DNA of 64,000 bases from an uncultured Acidobacteriota bacterium (GTDB taxonomy: Bacteria; Acidobacteriota; Thermoanaerobaculia; Gp7-AA8). The notes under the pieces are model-generated. The model did not search any database and had not been told where the DNA came from. It saw only the letters and a list, made by a program, of their open reading frames with translations. The number at the start of each line of letters is the position of its first letter. Positions within the stretch are counted from its first letter, which is position 1. The position numbers were made by a program, and so were the translations under genes. This document shows positions 35,866-45,922 of the stretch, one piece after another. The stretch spans positions 416,001 through 480,000 of the forward strand of contig CAVUKB010000005.1 in assembly GCA_963741955.1 (NCBI GenBank), read 5' to 3'.

Positions 35866-38301
35866 GTGTCCTTTCTGCTTCAGAAGATCGACCGGCCCAG
35901 AGTCACTCTGGTCGAGGTGAAGTCGCCCCGATTGACGATCGGGCGAGGCACGGGTGCGGACCTTCGATCCGAAAACGCCGCGGTGGCGCTCGAGCACGCG
36001 GTCGTCGAACTGAGGAAGGATGCCGGATACGAGATCTTCGACCGGGGGAGCATCACCGGGACGTACGTGAACGGGCGTCCCATCGAGAGCCGGCTCCTCG
36101 CGGCAGGCGATCGGATCGAGATCGGCGACCTGGTGATGGACGTCCAGGTTGCGGCGGCGGATCGTCCCCTCTTCCTCCGCGTCGAGAAAACGCGGGAAGA
36201 GAACGAAGCTCCGCTTCAGACCGGCGCGGCGGACGAGCGTCCCGTCTTCCTCACCGGAGCGCGGGTCGGAGCGCCTCGGATTGACTTCTCCCGCGCCTAC
36301 GCACTGCGCCAGGGCTTTCTGTCGAAAGGTGGAATGGTCTTCTCCCTGATGGCCCTCACGGCGATTCTCGTTGCGGCGGCGATCATCGGTGCGAAGGGCC
36401 TCGCCTACCAGCCCGGGCCGATCTCCGTCGCGCACGCGACGGCGACCCGACCCGATGGCGAGCGCGTCATCGGCGAACACGAGTGCAACGCGTGTCACGT
36501 TCCCTTCGGAGGAGCGAGCAACCACAAGTGCGGCGAGTGCCACGAGCAGTCGTTCCACCAGGCGAGAGAAGCGAAGGTCGGCCCGTGCATCGACTGTCAC
36601 GCAGAGCATCGCGACGTCCCGAATCTCGCGATGGTCCAGGCACAGCAGTGCGTTCGATGTCATCGGAATCTCGAGGGGAGCTCCATCACCGCGAAACGAA
36701 CCATCACCGCGTTCGAGACCGACCATCCCGAATTCACGATCCGGCTGGCGAGCGGAAAGAACGAGGCGGTCAACACCGCGACGGCTCGTACCGCGGATGC
36801 GATTCCACTGAAGTTCAACCACCAGTGCCACCTTCAGGGAAAGTGCAATCTCACTCCGCCCACTGCGAGCGACCCGAGACGGGAGAAGGTCGAGCTTCAC
36901 TGTGTCTCCTGCCACACTTTCGATCCGCAGACCGGAGCGGCCCAGCCGGTCCGGTACGAGACCGCATGCTCGAAATGTCATCCGCTCACGTTCGACAATC
37001 GCTTTCCGCCCGTCCCCCATGGTCTCTCGCTCGAGACCGTCGCCGGAGTGATCGCGAACACGTACGCCGGGAACGAAGATCTGCTCACCAGATCGCCGTC
37101 CGAGATCGAAGGAATCTTCGCCCGGAGGGAACGACGCACCCTCGACACGTCGAGTATCGTCGTTCGAAACGCCCAACGCGTGATGCAGACCCGTTGCGCC
37201 CACTGCCACGTGATGGAGAAAGACGGACGCAACGTCGTTCCGGTGAAAGAAAGAGCGGTGTGGTTCCCGGGAATGCGCCGCTTCAACCACTCCGTCCATA
37301 TGGCGGAGACCCTGAAACTCTCGTGTGTGGACTGCCATCACGGAATCGGATCGAGCAGGAAGGCATCCGATCTCTCTCTTCCGTCGATCAACAGCTGCAA
37401 AGGATGCCATCGCGCCAGCGCAACATTCGCGAACGCAGGTCTCGGCACGTGCACGCGCTGCCACTACTACCATGAAGCGACCAGGAAGCTCGGCCCCGGA
37501 TGGACGGCACGTGCCAGCCTGGTCTCGACGAAACTCTCCAAACCAGTCATCCCGAACAAGGGATCGAACGACAAGCAGAAGAAGGGGTGGGACTTGATCC
37601 TGGCATTCGTCTGGCCGATGCTCGCCATCGGCGGAATCATCATCCTCGTGTTCCTTGCGGTCGTCGGAGTGGCGGTCTTCTTTGCCGCACGCCGCGACCG
37701 GCGTGCAGCCGGCGAAGCGCTGGCGGGAGTCGGTGCGGCGACGGGGCCGATTCAGAAACGGACTCCCTCCCCGGCGGCGCCATCTCCCCCACTTTCCTCA
37801 CCTTCGACGCCCTCTCCGGCCGCATCCTCGCCAGCCGCGCCCTCTCCGGCCGCACCCTCGCCGGCCACATCCTCTCCGGCGCCACCCTCGGCTGAGCCGG
37901 CGGTGCCGAAGGATGCGACGCCTTCCGTGCCCGAACCGACGATCGCGGTTCCTCTTCCTCAACCCGAGCCGCCTGCGAAGGACGGCAGCACGGTCATGAT
38001 CCAGTGGCACGGATCGCTGATCGGAACCGCCGGAAAGCTCGAAGGAAAACGCATTCCGGTGACCAGCGACGGGTTCTACATCGGCCGAGACAAGGCGGCC
38101 GCGACGCTGGTGATCGATGACGGACGCGTCTCCCGCCGTCATTTGTGGATCGGCGTGGAGGACGGCGAGGTCGTCGTCGTGGACCAGGGCTCCACGAACG
38201 GCACTTTCGTCAACGGAGAGCGCGTGACGCGGCGGGTTCTTGCCGCAGGTGATATCATTACCATCTCCGACAATGTTGCATCTCTGAAGTACGAAGTCTG
38301 A
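35866..38301 (+). CDS. FHA - TM - decaheme cytochrome c - TM - Pro-rich linker - FHA
   Basis: 10 CxxCH motifs between two hydrophobic segments, with FHA signatures (IGR..H..S.NGT.VNG-like) at both termini. Confidence 0.88.
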   Translation: MSFLLQKIDRPRVTLVEVKSPRLTIGRGTGADLRSENAAVALEHAVVELRKDAGYEIFDRGSITGTYVNGRPIESRLLAAGDRIEIGDLVMDVQVAAADRPLFLRVEKTREENEAPLQTGAADERPVFLTGARVGAPRIDFSRAYALRQGFLSKGGMVFSLMALTAILVAAAIIGAKGLAYQPGPISVAHATATRPDGERVIGEHECNACHVPFGGASNHKCGECHEQSFHQAREAKVGPCIDCHAEHRDVPNLAMVQAQQCVRCHRNLEGSSITAKRTITAFETDHPEFTIRLASGKNEAVNTATARTADAIPLKFNHQCHLQGKCNLTPPTASDPRREKVELHCVSCHTFDPQTGAAQPVRYETACSKCHPLTFDNRFPPVPHGLSLETVAGVIANTYAGNEDLLTRSPSEIEGIFARRERRTLDTSSIVVRNAQRVMQTRCAHCHVMEKDGRNVVPVKERAVWFPGMRRFNHSVHMAETLKLSCVDCHHGIGSSRKASDLSLPSINSCKGCHRASATFANAGLGTCTRCHYYHEATRKLGPGWTARASLVSTKLSKPVIPNKGSNDKQKKGWDLILAFVWPMLAIGGIIILVFLAVVGVAVFFAARRDRRAAGEALAGVGAATGPIQKRTPSPAAPSPPLSSPSTPSPAASSPAAPSPAAPSPATSSPAPPSAEPAVPKDATPSVPEPTIAVPLPQPEPPAKDGSTVMIQWHGSLIGTAGKLEGKRIPVTSDGFYIGRDKAAATLVIDDGRVSRRHLWIGVEDGEVVVVDQGSTNGTFVNGERVTRRVLAAGDIITISDNVASLKYEV

Positions 38302-38345
38302 CAACGTCTCGGCTTTGCCGCCGGACGGGCGTAGAGGGGAAAGGT

Positions 38346-40139
38346 GTGTCCTCGAAAATGACGAATGCAGGAATCCGTCGATCTCGAGTCCCCAGGGTCC
38401 TCATCCCGATCGTCGTCTTGGCGCTCCTCGGCGTCGGCATTCCGGCAGCCGCCGGAGAACGGGGACGCGGGGTCAGGACTCCATCATCGGTCCGTTTCAC
38501 CACCTCGCCTGATTGCGGCGGTTCGGCCGACGGCTCTCCCTGTCTCGAAGCCAGCGGAGAATTCGCACCTCTTCAGACCGACGAGGTGGAGACCCTCGCC
38601 CGCAATGCCGCGGCGGCTCTATCCGATCCGCACATGACCATCGCCGTCGTCGACCGCGCCGGGCGGGTGCTCGCGCTGGCGCGCAAGCCGGAAGCGGATC
38701 CGGCCAACGACGATCTGGCGGTCGGCCTCGCGCGCACCGCCGCATTCTTCAGTCACGACATGGCCCCGCTCTCCTCGAGGACGGTGCGATTCATCAGCGG
38801 AGTGCACTTTCCACCGGGAGTCCGGGATGCCCCCACCGCGCCGCTCTACGGGATCGAGAACACCAACCGCGGATGCGATCTCAACGTGACGTTCAACCCC
38901 GGAAAATGCGTCCCTCGGGCGACTTCGCTCAACGCTCTCCCGTGCAACGCATTCGACGCGCGCGGTTGCGGCACCGGTCCGGTGACCGGAAAGGTGCAGC
39001 CGTACGATTCTCATGACGGCGGAAAGCATCCGAGCTGGCTCGGACTCGAAGGGCCGGGCAACCCGAAAGGACTCCCGGTGAACGCGGGTGGCATCCCGAT
39101 CTACAGAGTGAGTGACGTGCGCGTGACCGGAGGATCGCTGGAGAACGGCACCGCGAATGTCCACGCCGAGGGCCCGGGTCATCTCGTCGGGGGAATTGGT
39201 GTGGCCGGCGTCCCATCGTCACAGGCCGAATTCGCCGCCTTCTCGAGCGTCGCTCTCAGCAGCAGTCATCTCTTCCCCGCGCCTTCGTTCCCGCTGCCTT
39301 CGCCGGGACGCGTCTTCATAGGGGGGGTCCGCGTTCCGTTCGTCGAACAGGGCATCCGGCCGACCGGCACTGAGGCCGGTTCCGCCGTCGACGCGACGTT
39401 CATCGTCGGACCGCAGACGGGAGGATGCGTCGCGAACCGCTATCTGGTCGGTCCCGCGGCCGGTTCCGCACTCTCCCGCGACGAAGTCGACCGGATCATC
39501 CACCAGGCATTCGATGCGGCGGAGCGAACCCGCGCCGCGATCCGCCTGCCGCTCGGCAGCTATGCACGGATGGTGTTCGCGGTCTCCGATCTCGACGGAT
39601 CGATCCTCGCGCTCTACCGGATGCCGGATGCGACAGTCTTCTCGATCGACGTCGCGGTGGCGAAATCGCGCAACGTGATCTACTTCAGCAGCGCCGACGT
39701 CTCTGCCGATCTCCCCGGCCTTCCCTCCGGAACCGCGGTCTCGAACCGGACCATCAGCTTCGGAGCTCAACCGCTCTTCCCCGCCGGTATCGACGGCACG
39801 ACTCCCGGTCCGTTCTTCGGACTCTTTCAGCACGATCTCGGCAACGTCTGCTCCCAGGGGACGCAGCTCGCGAATGCGAATCAGAACGGAGTGGTCTTCT
39901 TCCCCGGGAGCATCCCGCTCTACCGCGACGGCCATCTGGTGGGAGGGCTCGGCGTGAGCGGCGACGGCGTGGAGCAGGACGACTACGTTTCCTATCACGG
40001 CGCGGTCGGATTCCATCCGGCGATGTCGATCTGGTCGGATCAGCACGAGATCCGCGGCGTCCGCATTCCATTCCTCAAGTTTCCCCGGCATCCGGAGGAC
40101 GTGACCGAACAGACGAAGGAGACATTCGATGCACCGTGA
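38346..40139 (+). CDS. Exported heme-binding protein with two GlcG/HbpS-like domains
   Basis: Signal peptide; IAVVDRAG..GGIPIY..LVGGIGVAG and AVSDLDG..GSIPLY..LVGGLGVSG. Confidence 0.8.
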   Translation: MSSKMTNAGIRRSRVPRVLIPIVVLALLGVGIPAAAGERGRGVRTPSSVRFTTSPDCGGSADGSPCLEASGEFAPLQTDEVETLARNAAAALSDPHMTIAVVDRAGRVLALARKPEADPANDDLAVGLARTAAFFSHDMAPLSSRTVRFISGVHFPPGVRDAPTAPLYGIENTNRGCDLNVTFNPGKCVPRATSLNALPCNAFDARGCGTGPVTGKVQPYDSHDGGKHPSWLGLEGPGNPKGLPVNAGGIPIYRVSDVRVTGGSLENGTANVHAEGPGHLVGGIGVAGVPSSQAEFAAFSSVALSSSHLFPAPSFPLPSPGRVFIGGVRVPFVEQGIRPTGTEAGSAVDATFIVGPQTGGCVANRYLVGPAAGSALSRDEVDRIIHQAFDAAERTRAAIRLPLGSYARMVFAVSDLDGSILALYRMPDATVFSIDVAVAKSRNVIYFSSADVSADLPGLPSGTAVSNRTISFGAQPLFPAGIDGTTPGPFFGLFQHDLGNVCSQGTQLANANQNGVVFFPGSIPLYRDGHLVGGLGVSGDGVEQDDYVSYHGAVGFHPAMSIWSDQHEIRGVRIPFLKFPRHPEDVTEQTKETFDAP

Positions 40140-42183
40140 CCGTCGCTTCTCCGGTCGCGGATCATCTCTGTTCGCGATCGCTGCGCTGTTCCTTCTCCTG
40201 GCGCCGTTCTGCCGGTCGTCTGCAGCAGAGCCTCCGACCATCACCATCGACGGCGGGACGCTCATTTCGACGTCCTCGCTCCCGGTCGTCATATCAGGAA
40301 CGGCCTCGCCACCCGACGCGCTCGTTCAGGTCACGATCCGGGCCCGAACGATCTCGACTGTCGTTCGCGACGGACGCTGGCGCGTCGAATGGCCGGAACC
40401 GATTCCGGTCGGGACACACACGGTCGAAGCGGCGCTCGTCGACCGGTACCACACACTCGCCACCGCGACCTCGCTGTTGAAGATGACCGTGACGGCACGG
40501 CTCGCGAGAAAACCGCTGGACGCGGCGCAACCGAAGGAGACCACGGTCCGGCCGGCGCTTCGACCTGAAGACTACCAGGCGTTCCCTGACCGCTGGCGGA
40601 TCACTCCTCCCACCGACTACGACCTTCTGGTTCATCCGCGGTCGAAACTCGATCCGTACAACCAGAACATCCTCAAAGGGGACAAGCCGATCATCGGGCA
40701 GGAGATCTTCCTCGACCTCACCGGTATCTCCGACACGCTGGTGGAAGGGCGCAAGGTGCCCACCGGATCGACGGTCAGCGCGCGCAACCCGGGAAGCATC
40801 GACTTCTTCGGGGAGGGCGACCAGGCGTCGTTCGCAGAGAACGTTCTCCTCTCTGCCGATCTGTTCCGCGGTCAGACTGCATTCCGTCCCGCCGACTGGC
40901 GCGCTCGCCTCACGCTCGTCGGCAACTTCAATCACGTTTCCGTCCGCGAGAACGCCGTGGTGAACCCGGACGTCCGCCGCGGCACGTCACGAGATTCCGG
41001 CTACCTCGGAGTGCAGGAAGCCTTCTTCGAGAAGAAGATCGCGGATCTTTCGCCGAACTTCGATTTCGTCTCGATCCGCGCCGGCGTTCAACCGTTCGTC
41101 AGCGATTTTCGCGGATTCGTCTTCGATGACTCGAATCTCGGCGTCCGCCTCTTCGGCAACGCCCGATCGAACCGGTATCAGTACAACCTCGCCTGGTTCG
41201 ACCGCCTGGAGAAGGACACCAACAGCGGTCTGAATGTCATCGACAAGCTGCGCAAGCAACAGCTCCTCATCGCGAATCTCTACCGGGAGGACTTCCTGGT
41301 TCCCGGTTACACGGTCGAGGCGAGCGCTCATTACCTGAGGGATCGGGGACGCATCGCGTACGACAGCAACGGCTTCCTCGTCCGTCCCGATCCGATCGGC
41401 GATTTTTCTCCCCACCAGATCACCGCGACGTATCTCGGATTCGCCGGATTCGGAAGGCTCGGACGGATCAATGTCGATCACGCGCTCTACTACGTCTTCG
41501 GGAAGGACAGCCACAATCCGATCGCCGGGGCAGACCCGATCGGCGGCGGAGTCGGTCCCGATGGCGCCGCCGCCGGACGCGAGAGCGTCGACATTTCCGC
41601 GGAAATGGCGGCCGTCGAGCTGTCGGTGGATCGCGACTGGTACCGGCCGCGAATCGGATACTTTTACGCGAGCGGGGATCACGACGGCTTCGACCGGCAT
41701 GCGAACGGATTCGCGGCGATCTTCGCGAACCCGAACTTCGCGGGCGGGGGATTCAGCTTCTGGAACCGTCTCGGACTCCCTCTCCCCGGTACCGGCGTCG
41801 CGCTCCTCCACCGCGGAAGTTTCCTCCCCGATCTCAACAGCAGCAAGACTGAAGGTCAGCCGAACTTCGTCAATCCGGGCCTCCATCTCGCGACAGCGGG
41901 TGTCGACGTCGATCTCACCACGAAGCTCGTGCTCCTCCTCACCACCAACTATCTCCGGTTCGATCAGACTGACGTGCTGCAGGGCGTCCTCTTCCAGGAC
42001 GCGATCGACAGAGAGATCGGGTGGGACCTCTCGATCGGAGCGCGTTACCGGCCGTTCCTGAACAACAACGTGATGCTGCTGATCGGGACCGCGGCATTCG
42101 TTCCGGGAAAGGGATTCGAACAGATCTACGACAGGAAAGACACGCTCTACCAGCTTTTCACCGACCTCACGGTGAAATTCTGA
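40129..42183 (+). CDS. Probable outer-membrane beta-barrel with N-terminal Ig-like domain
   Basis: Signal peptide, alternating amphipathic beta segments and C-terminal Phe (DLTVKF). Confidence 0.7.
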   Translation: MHRDRRFSGRGSSLFAIAALFLLLAPFCRSSAAEPPTITIDGGTLISTSSLPVVISGTASPPDALVQVTIRARTISTVVRDGRWRVEWPEPIPVGTHTVEAALVDRYHTLATATSLLKMTVTARLARKPLDAAQPKETTVRPALRPEDYQAFPDRWRITPPTDYDLLVHPRSKLDPYNQNILKGDKPIIGQEIFLDLTGISDTLVEGRKVPTGSTVSARNPGSIDFFGEGDQASFAENVLLSADLFRGQTAFRPADWRARLTLVGNFNHVSVRENAVVNPDVRRGTSRDSGYLGVQEAFFEKKIADLSPNFDFVSIRAGVQPFVSDFRGFVFDDSNLGVRLFGNARSNRYQYNLAWFDRLEKDTNSGLNVIDKLRKQQLLIANLYREDFLVPGYTVEASAHYLRDRGRIAYDSNGFLVRPDPIGDFSPHQITATYLGFAGFGRLGRINVDHALYYVFGKDSHNPIAGADPIGGGVGPDGAAAGRESVDISAEMAAVELSVDRDWYRPRIGYFYASGDHDGFDRHANGFAAIFANPNFAGGGFSFWNRLGLPLPGTGVALLHRGSFLPDLNSSKTEGQPNFVNPGLHLATAGVDVDLTTKLVLLLTTNYLRFDQTDVLQGVLFQDAIDREIGWDLSIGARYRPFLNNNVMLLIGTAAFVPGKGFEQIYDRKDTLYQLFTDLTVKF

Positions 42184-42223
42184 GCGCCGACGAATCGAAG
42201 ATCACGGAAGACCACCGAAGACG

Positions 42224-45200
42224 ATGAGCAGACCGATGCGACGTTCGATACGACTTGTGGCCAGCCTCACGTTGATCGCGGGAGCGGTGCTGGTGATCGC
42301 GGAAGCTCCGCTCGCCGGCGATCCCACCCCCGAGAACGCCCTTCTCCGACAGTCGGCCGCAGATGCCGCTCACAAGAGCCGCGGTTGCATCAGCTGCCAT
42401 CACGGGATCGAGCCGATGCATTCTTCCCCTGCAGTGAGGCTCGGATGCACGGACTGCCACGGAGGCGATGCGTCCGCGATCTTCGTTCCCGGCAACGACG
42501 CGAAAGAGGTCGAGCTTCGCGCACACGTCCAACCCGTTCACCCCGAGCACTGGAGCCGCAACGGTCACCGATCCTCCGCCAATCCGGAGCGCTCTTACAC
42601 CTGGCTCAACGAGGAAACGCCCGAGTTCATCCGCTTCATCAATCCGGGCGATCTTCGCGTCGCGCCGGAGACCTGCGGAGCGTGTCACCCGAGCGAAGTG
42701 GTGCGCGTCCCTCGCAGCACCATGGCCACCAGTGCCACGTTCTGGGCCGCGGCCGCGTATGCGAACGGCATCCTCGATCTGAAGTACGGTGTGCTCGGCG
42801 AGAACTACACGCGCGATGGGCAACCTGGCGCGATCATTCCGAAAGCGAATCCGCAACAGCCTGATCCCGCGATGGGAAGCGTCCCTGCGCTCTACCCGCT
42901 TCCGCGATGGGAGCTCACCCAGCCGGGCGAGTACTTCCGCGCGTTCGAGCGCGGCGGCCGCTTGCAACCGACTACTCCTCCGGAGATCGGGAATCCGAAC
43001 CTCGAGGCCGAGCCCGGACGACCCGACATCCGCCTCAGCTCACGTGGCCGCGGGACCGGACTCCGGATCAGCCCCGCACTGATCAATCTCCACAAGACGC
43101 GCCTGAACGATCCGCATCTCTTTTTCCTCGGGACCAACGACCATCCCGGCGACTACCGTTCGAGCGGCTGCAGCGGATGCCATGTCGTTTATGCGAACGA
43201 CCGTGACCCGCTCCACTCCGGACCGTGGGCGGCGTATGGCAACACGGGGCTGTCCGCAACGAAAGACCCCACCATTCCTCACGACGAGAAGGGGCACCCG
43301 ATCGTCCACCGGCTCACCCGATCGATCCCCACCAGCCAGTGCATGTCCTGCCACATGCACCAGCCGAACTCTTTCCTCAACACATACCTCGGATACACCA
43401 TGTGGGACTACGAATCCGACGCCGATCTCCTCTTTCCGAAGGAGCAGCGGTATCCGACCGAGGAGGAGAAGCGAGCCAGTCTCGACCGGGATCCGGAAGG
43501 TGCTGCGGTGCGGGGCCTGTGGAGCAACGGGAAGTTCCTGGAGAACGTCCGTGACCTCAACGCAAAGGCGAAGCACACGCAATTCGCCGATTACCACGGA
43601 CACGGATGGATCTTCCAGGCGGTGTACCGCCGTGACCGGAAGGGACGGCTGCTCGACAAGGAAGGAAAGGTCGTCCCGTTCGACGATCCGCAGAAGTTCC
43701 AGAAGGCGGTCCATCTCGAAGACATCCACCTCGAGAAGGGAATGCACTGCGTCGATTGCCATTTCGACGTCGATTCTCACGGCAACGGGATGATCCACAC
43801 CGACTACGCCGCATCGATCGAGATCGAGTGTCAGGACTGCCATGGCACGATCGAGCGCACCTCGACGTTGCGGACGTCCGGCCCCGCCGCACCGGAGGGA
43901 GGAACGGATCTCTCTCTCGGCACGACGCCGTTCGGCCAGCGGCGGTTCGCGTGGCGTGGAGGAAGCCTCTACCAGCGGTCGATGCTCACACCCGGTCTGG
44001 AGTGGCGCGTCATTCAGGTCAAGGACAGCATCGATCCGGCTTCTCCCGACTACGACGAGCGCGCGGCGAGGGCGAAGACGATGCAACGCGACGGAACCAG
44101 CTGGGGCACGGCGGCCGGTCACGATCTCGCCCACCCCGAATCGGCGATGACCTGCGACAGCTGCCACTCGTCATGGATGACAAGCTGCTCCGGCTGTCAT
44201 CTGCCGCAGGAAGCGAACGTCCGCTCCCGGATGATCCGCTACGAGGGAAACACCACCCGCAACTACGCTTCGTACAATCCGGAGACCATCCGCACCGATG
44301 TCTTCATGCTCGGGATCAACGGAACGAACAAGGGACACCGCATCGCTCCGGTCCGCTCGTCCAGCGCGCTCGTTCTCAGCTCGACCAACGCGAGCCGCGA
44401 TCACATCTACATCCAGCAGCCGACCATTTCCGCTCCCGGGTTCAGCGGACAGGCGTTCAATCCTCACGTCCCTCACACCGTGCGCACCACCGAATCGAAG
44501 CAGTGCAGCGACTGCCATCTCTCGGAGGAGAACGACAACAACGCCTGGATGGCCCAGCTCCTCCTGCAGGGAACGGACTGGGTCAATCTCATCGGCCGTT
44601 ACGCGTGGGTCGCCGAAGAGAATGCAGGGCTCGAGGCGGTCGGAGTGACGGAGTGGGAAGAGCCGCAGGCGGTGATCGGATCGAGCCTCCAGTCGATCGT
44701 CTATCCCGACGACTACGCCGCGCATCAGAAGAGAAAGGGTGAGCTGGAGGTCGCACACCATCACCATGGCCATCAGGTGCGAAGCATCCAGCTTCGCGGC
44801 GAGTATCTCTACACCGCACAGGGAAGCGACGGATTGGTGGTGTACGACGTCGCCAACGTCGACAACAAGGACTTCTCCGAACGGATCGTCAGCGCACCGG
44901 TCTCGCCGCTGGGACAACGCACTTACGTCCGGACGAAGGACGCGACGTGCGTCGCACTTCCGACCACCATGCCGATGGCGCCGTCACGCAAGACGCCGCC
45001 ACTGAGTGGAGAGCAGAAGATCCACCCTATCTACCGCTATGCACTGATCGGAGATCGGGTGGAAGGAGTGGTGCTGGTCAACGTCGAGACGCTGACCGAC
45101 GGCGACCCGGAGAACAACTTCCTGAAGCGGGCGCTCACCTTCAACCCGGACGGTGCTCTCGATGGAACGACCGCGATCACCATCGCCGGCAACTACGCGT

Positions 45201-45922
45201 ACGTCGTCGGCGATCACGGATTGACGGTGCTCGACCTCGACGAGCCGCTCTCGCCGCGCATCGTCGCGAACGTCCCGGACATCGTGAAGGGCACCGGTGT
45301 CGACGTCCAGTTCCGCTACGCGTTCGTGACGGATCAGGACGGACTGAAAGTGGTCGACATCACGTTTCCGGAAAAGCCGGCGATCGTCGCACGACTCCCG
45401 ATCGAAGACGCTCACGGCGTGTACGTGGCCCGCACTTACGCCTACGTCGCAGGAGGCCGCAACGGAATGGTCATCGTCGACGTCGAGAACCCGGAGAGAC
45501 CGTTCGTCGACCAGACCTTCACCGGCGGCGTGCTGCGCGACACGCGCGACATCAAGATCGGATCGACCAACGCGAGTCTTTTCGCCTACGTCGCAGACGG
45601 GACGAACGGATTCCACGTCGTGCAGCTGACCTCGCCGGACCGTACACCAGGATACGAGGGATTCAGTCCTCGTCCGGCGCCCGTTCTGATCGCGAGCCGG
45701 AAGACCGAAGGCCCCGCAGTGGCTCTCTCGAGAGGCCTCGATCGCGACCGTGCGGTGGACGAGAGCGGCAATCAGGTCGCGGTCTTCAACCGGATCGGAG
45801 CGCGTCCGATGAATCTCCAGGAGATGCAGAGACTCTATCTGCGAGACGGAAAGATCTACCGGGTGAGTGACCGCCCGACGGCTCCCGAGAAGCACGACTC
45901 GCAACGGAGAAAAGAGCGATGA
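42224..45922 (+). CDS. Large exported decaheme cytochrome c with C-terminal LVIVD repeats
   Basis: 10 CxxCH; YAYV..GLTVLD, YAFV..GLKVVDI and YAYVA..GMVIVDV repeats. Confidence 0.88.
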   Translation: MSRPMRRSIRLVASLTLIAGAVLVIAEAPLAGDPTPENALLRQSAADAAHKSRGCISCHHGIEPMHSSPAVRLGCTDCHGGDASAIFVPGNDAKEVELRAHVQPVHPEHWSRNGHRSSANPERSYTWLNEETPEFIRFINPGDLRVAPETCGACHPSEVVRVPRSTMATSATFWAAAAYANGILDLKYGVLGENYTRDGQPGAIIPKANPQQPDPAMGSVPALYPLPRWELTQPGEYFRAFERGGRLQPTTPPEIGNPNLEAEPGRPDIRLSSRGRGTGLRISPALINLHKTRLNDPHLFFLGTNDHPGDYRSSGCSGCHVVYANDRDPLHSGPWAAYGNTGLSATKDPTIPHDEKGHPIVHRLTRSIPTSQCMSCHMHQPNSFLNTYLGYTMWDYESDADLLFPKEQRYPTEEEKRASLDRDPEGAAVRGLWSNGKFLENVRDLNAKAKHTQFADYHGHGWIFQAVYRRDRKGRLLDKEGKVVPFDDPQKFQKAVHLEDIHLEKGMHCVDCHFDVDSHGNGMIHTDYAASIEIECQDCHGTIERTSTLRTSGPAAPEGGTDLSLGTTPFGQRRFAWRGGSLYQRSMLTPGLEWRVIQVKDSIDPASPDYDERAARAKTMQRDGTSWGTAAGHDLAHPESAMTCDSCHSSWMTSCSGCHLPQEANVRSRMIRYEGNTTRNYASYNPETIRTDVFMLGINGTNKGHRIAPVRSSSALVLSSTNASRDHIYIQQPTISAPGFSGQAFNPHVPHTVRTTESKQCSDCHLSEENDNNAWMAQLLLQGTDWVNLIGRYAWVAEENAGLEAVGVTEWEEPQAVIGSSLQSIVYPDDYAAHQKRKGELEVAHHHHGHQVRSIQLRGEYLYTAQGSDGLVVYDVANVDNKDFSERIVSAPVSPLGQRTYVRTKDATCVALPTTMPMAPSRKTPPLSGEQKIHPIYRYALIGDRVEGVVLVNVETLTDGDPENNFLKRALTFNPDGALDGTTAITIAGNYAYVVGDHGLTVLDLDEPLSPRIVANVPDIVKGTGVDVQFRYAFVTDQDGLKVVDITFPEKPAIVARLPIEDAHGVYVARTYAYVAGGRNGMVIVDVENPERPFVDQTFTGGVLRDTRDIKIGSTNASLFAYVADGTNGFHVVQLTSPDRTPGYEGFSPRPAPVLIASRKTEGPAVALSRGLDRDRAVDESGNQVAVFNRIGARPMNLQEMQRLYLRDGKIYRVSDRPTAPEKHDSQRRKER

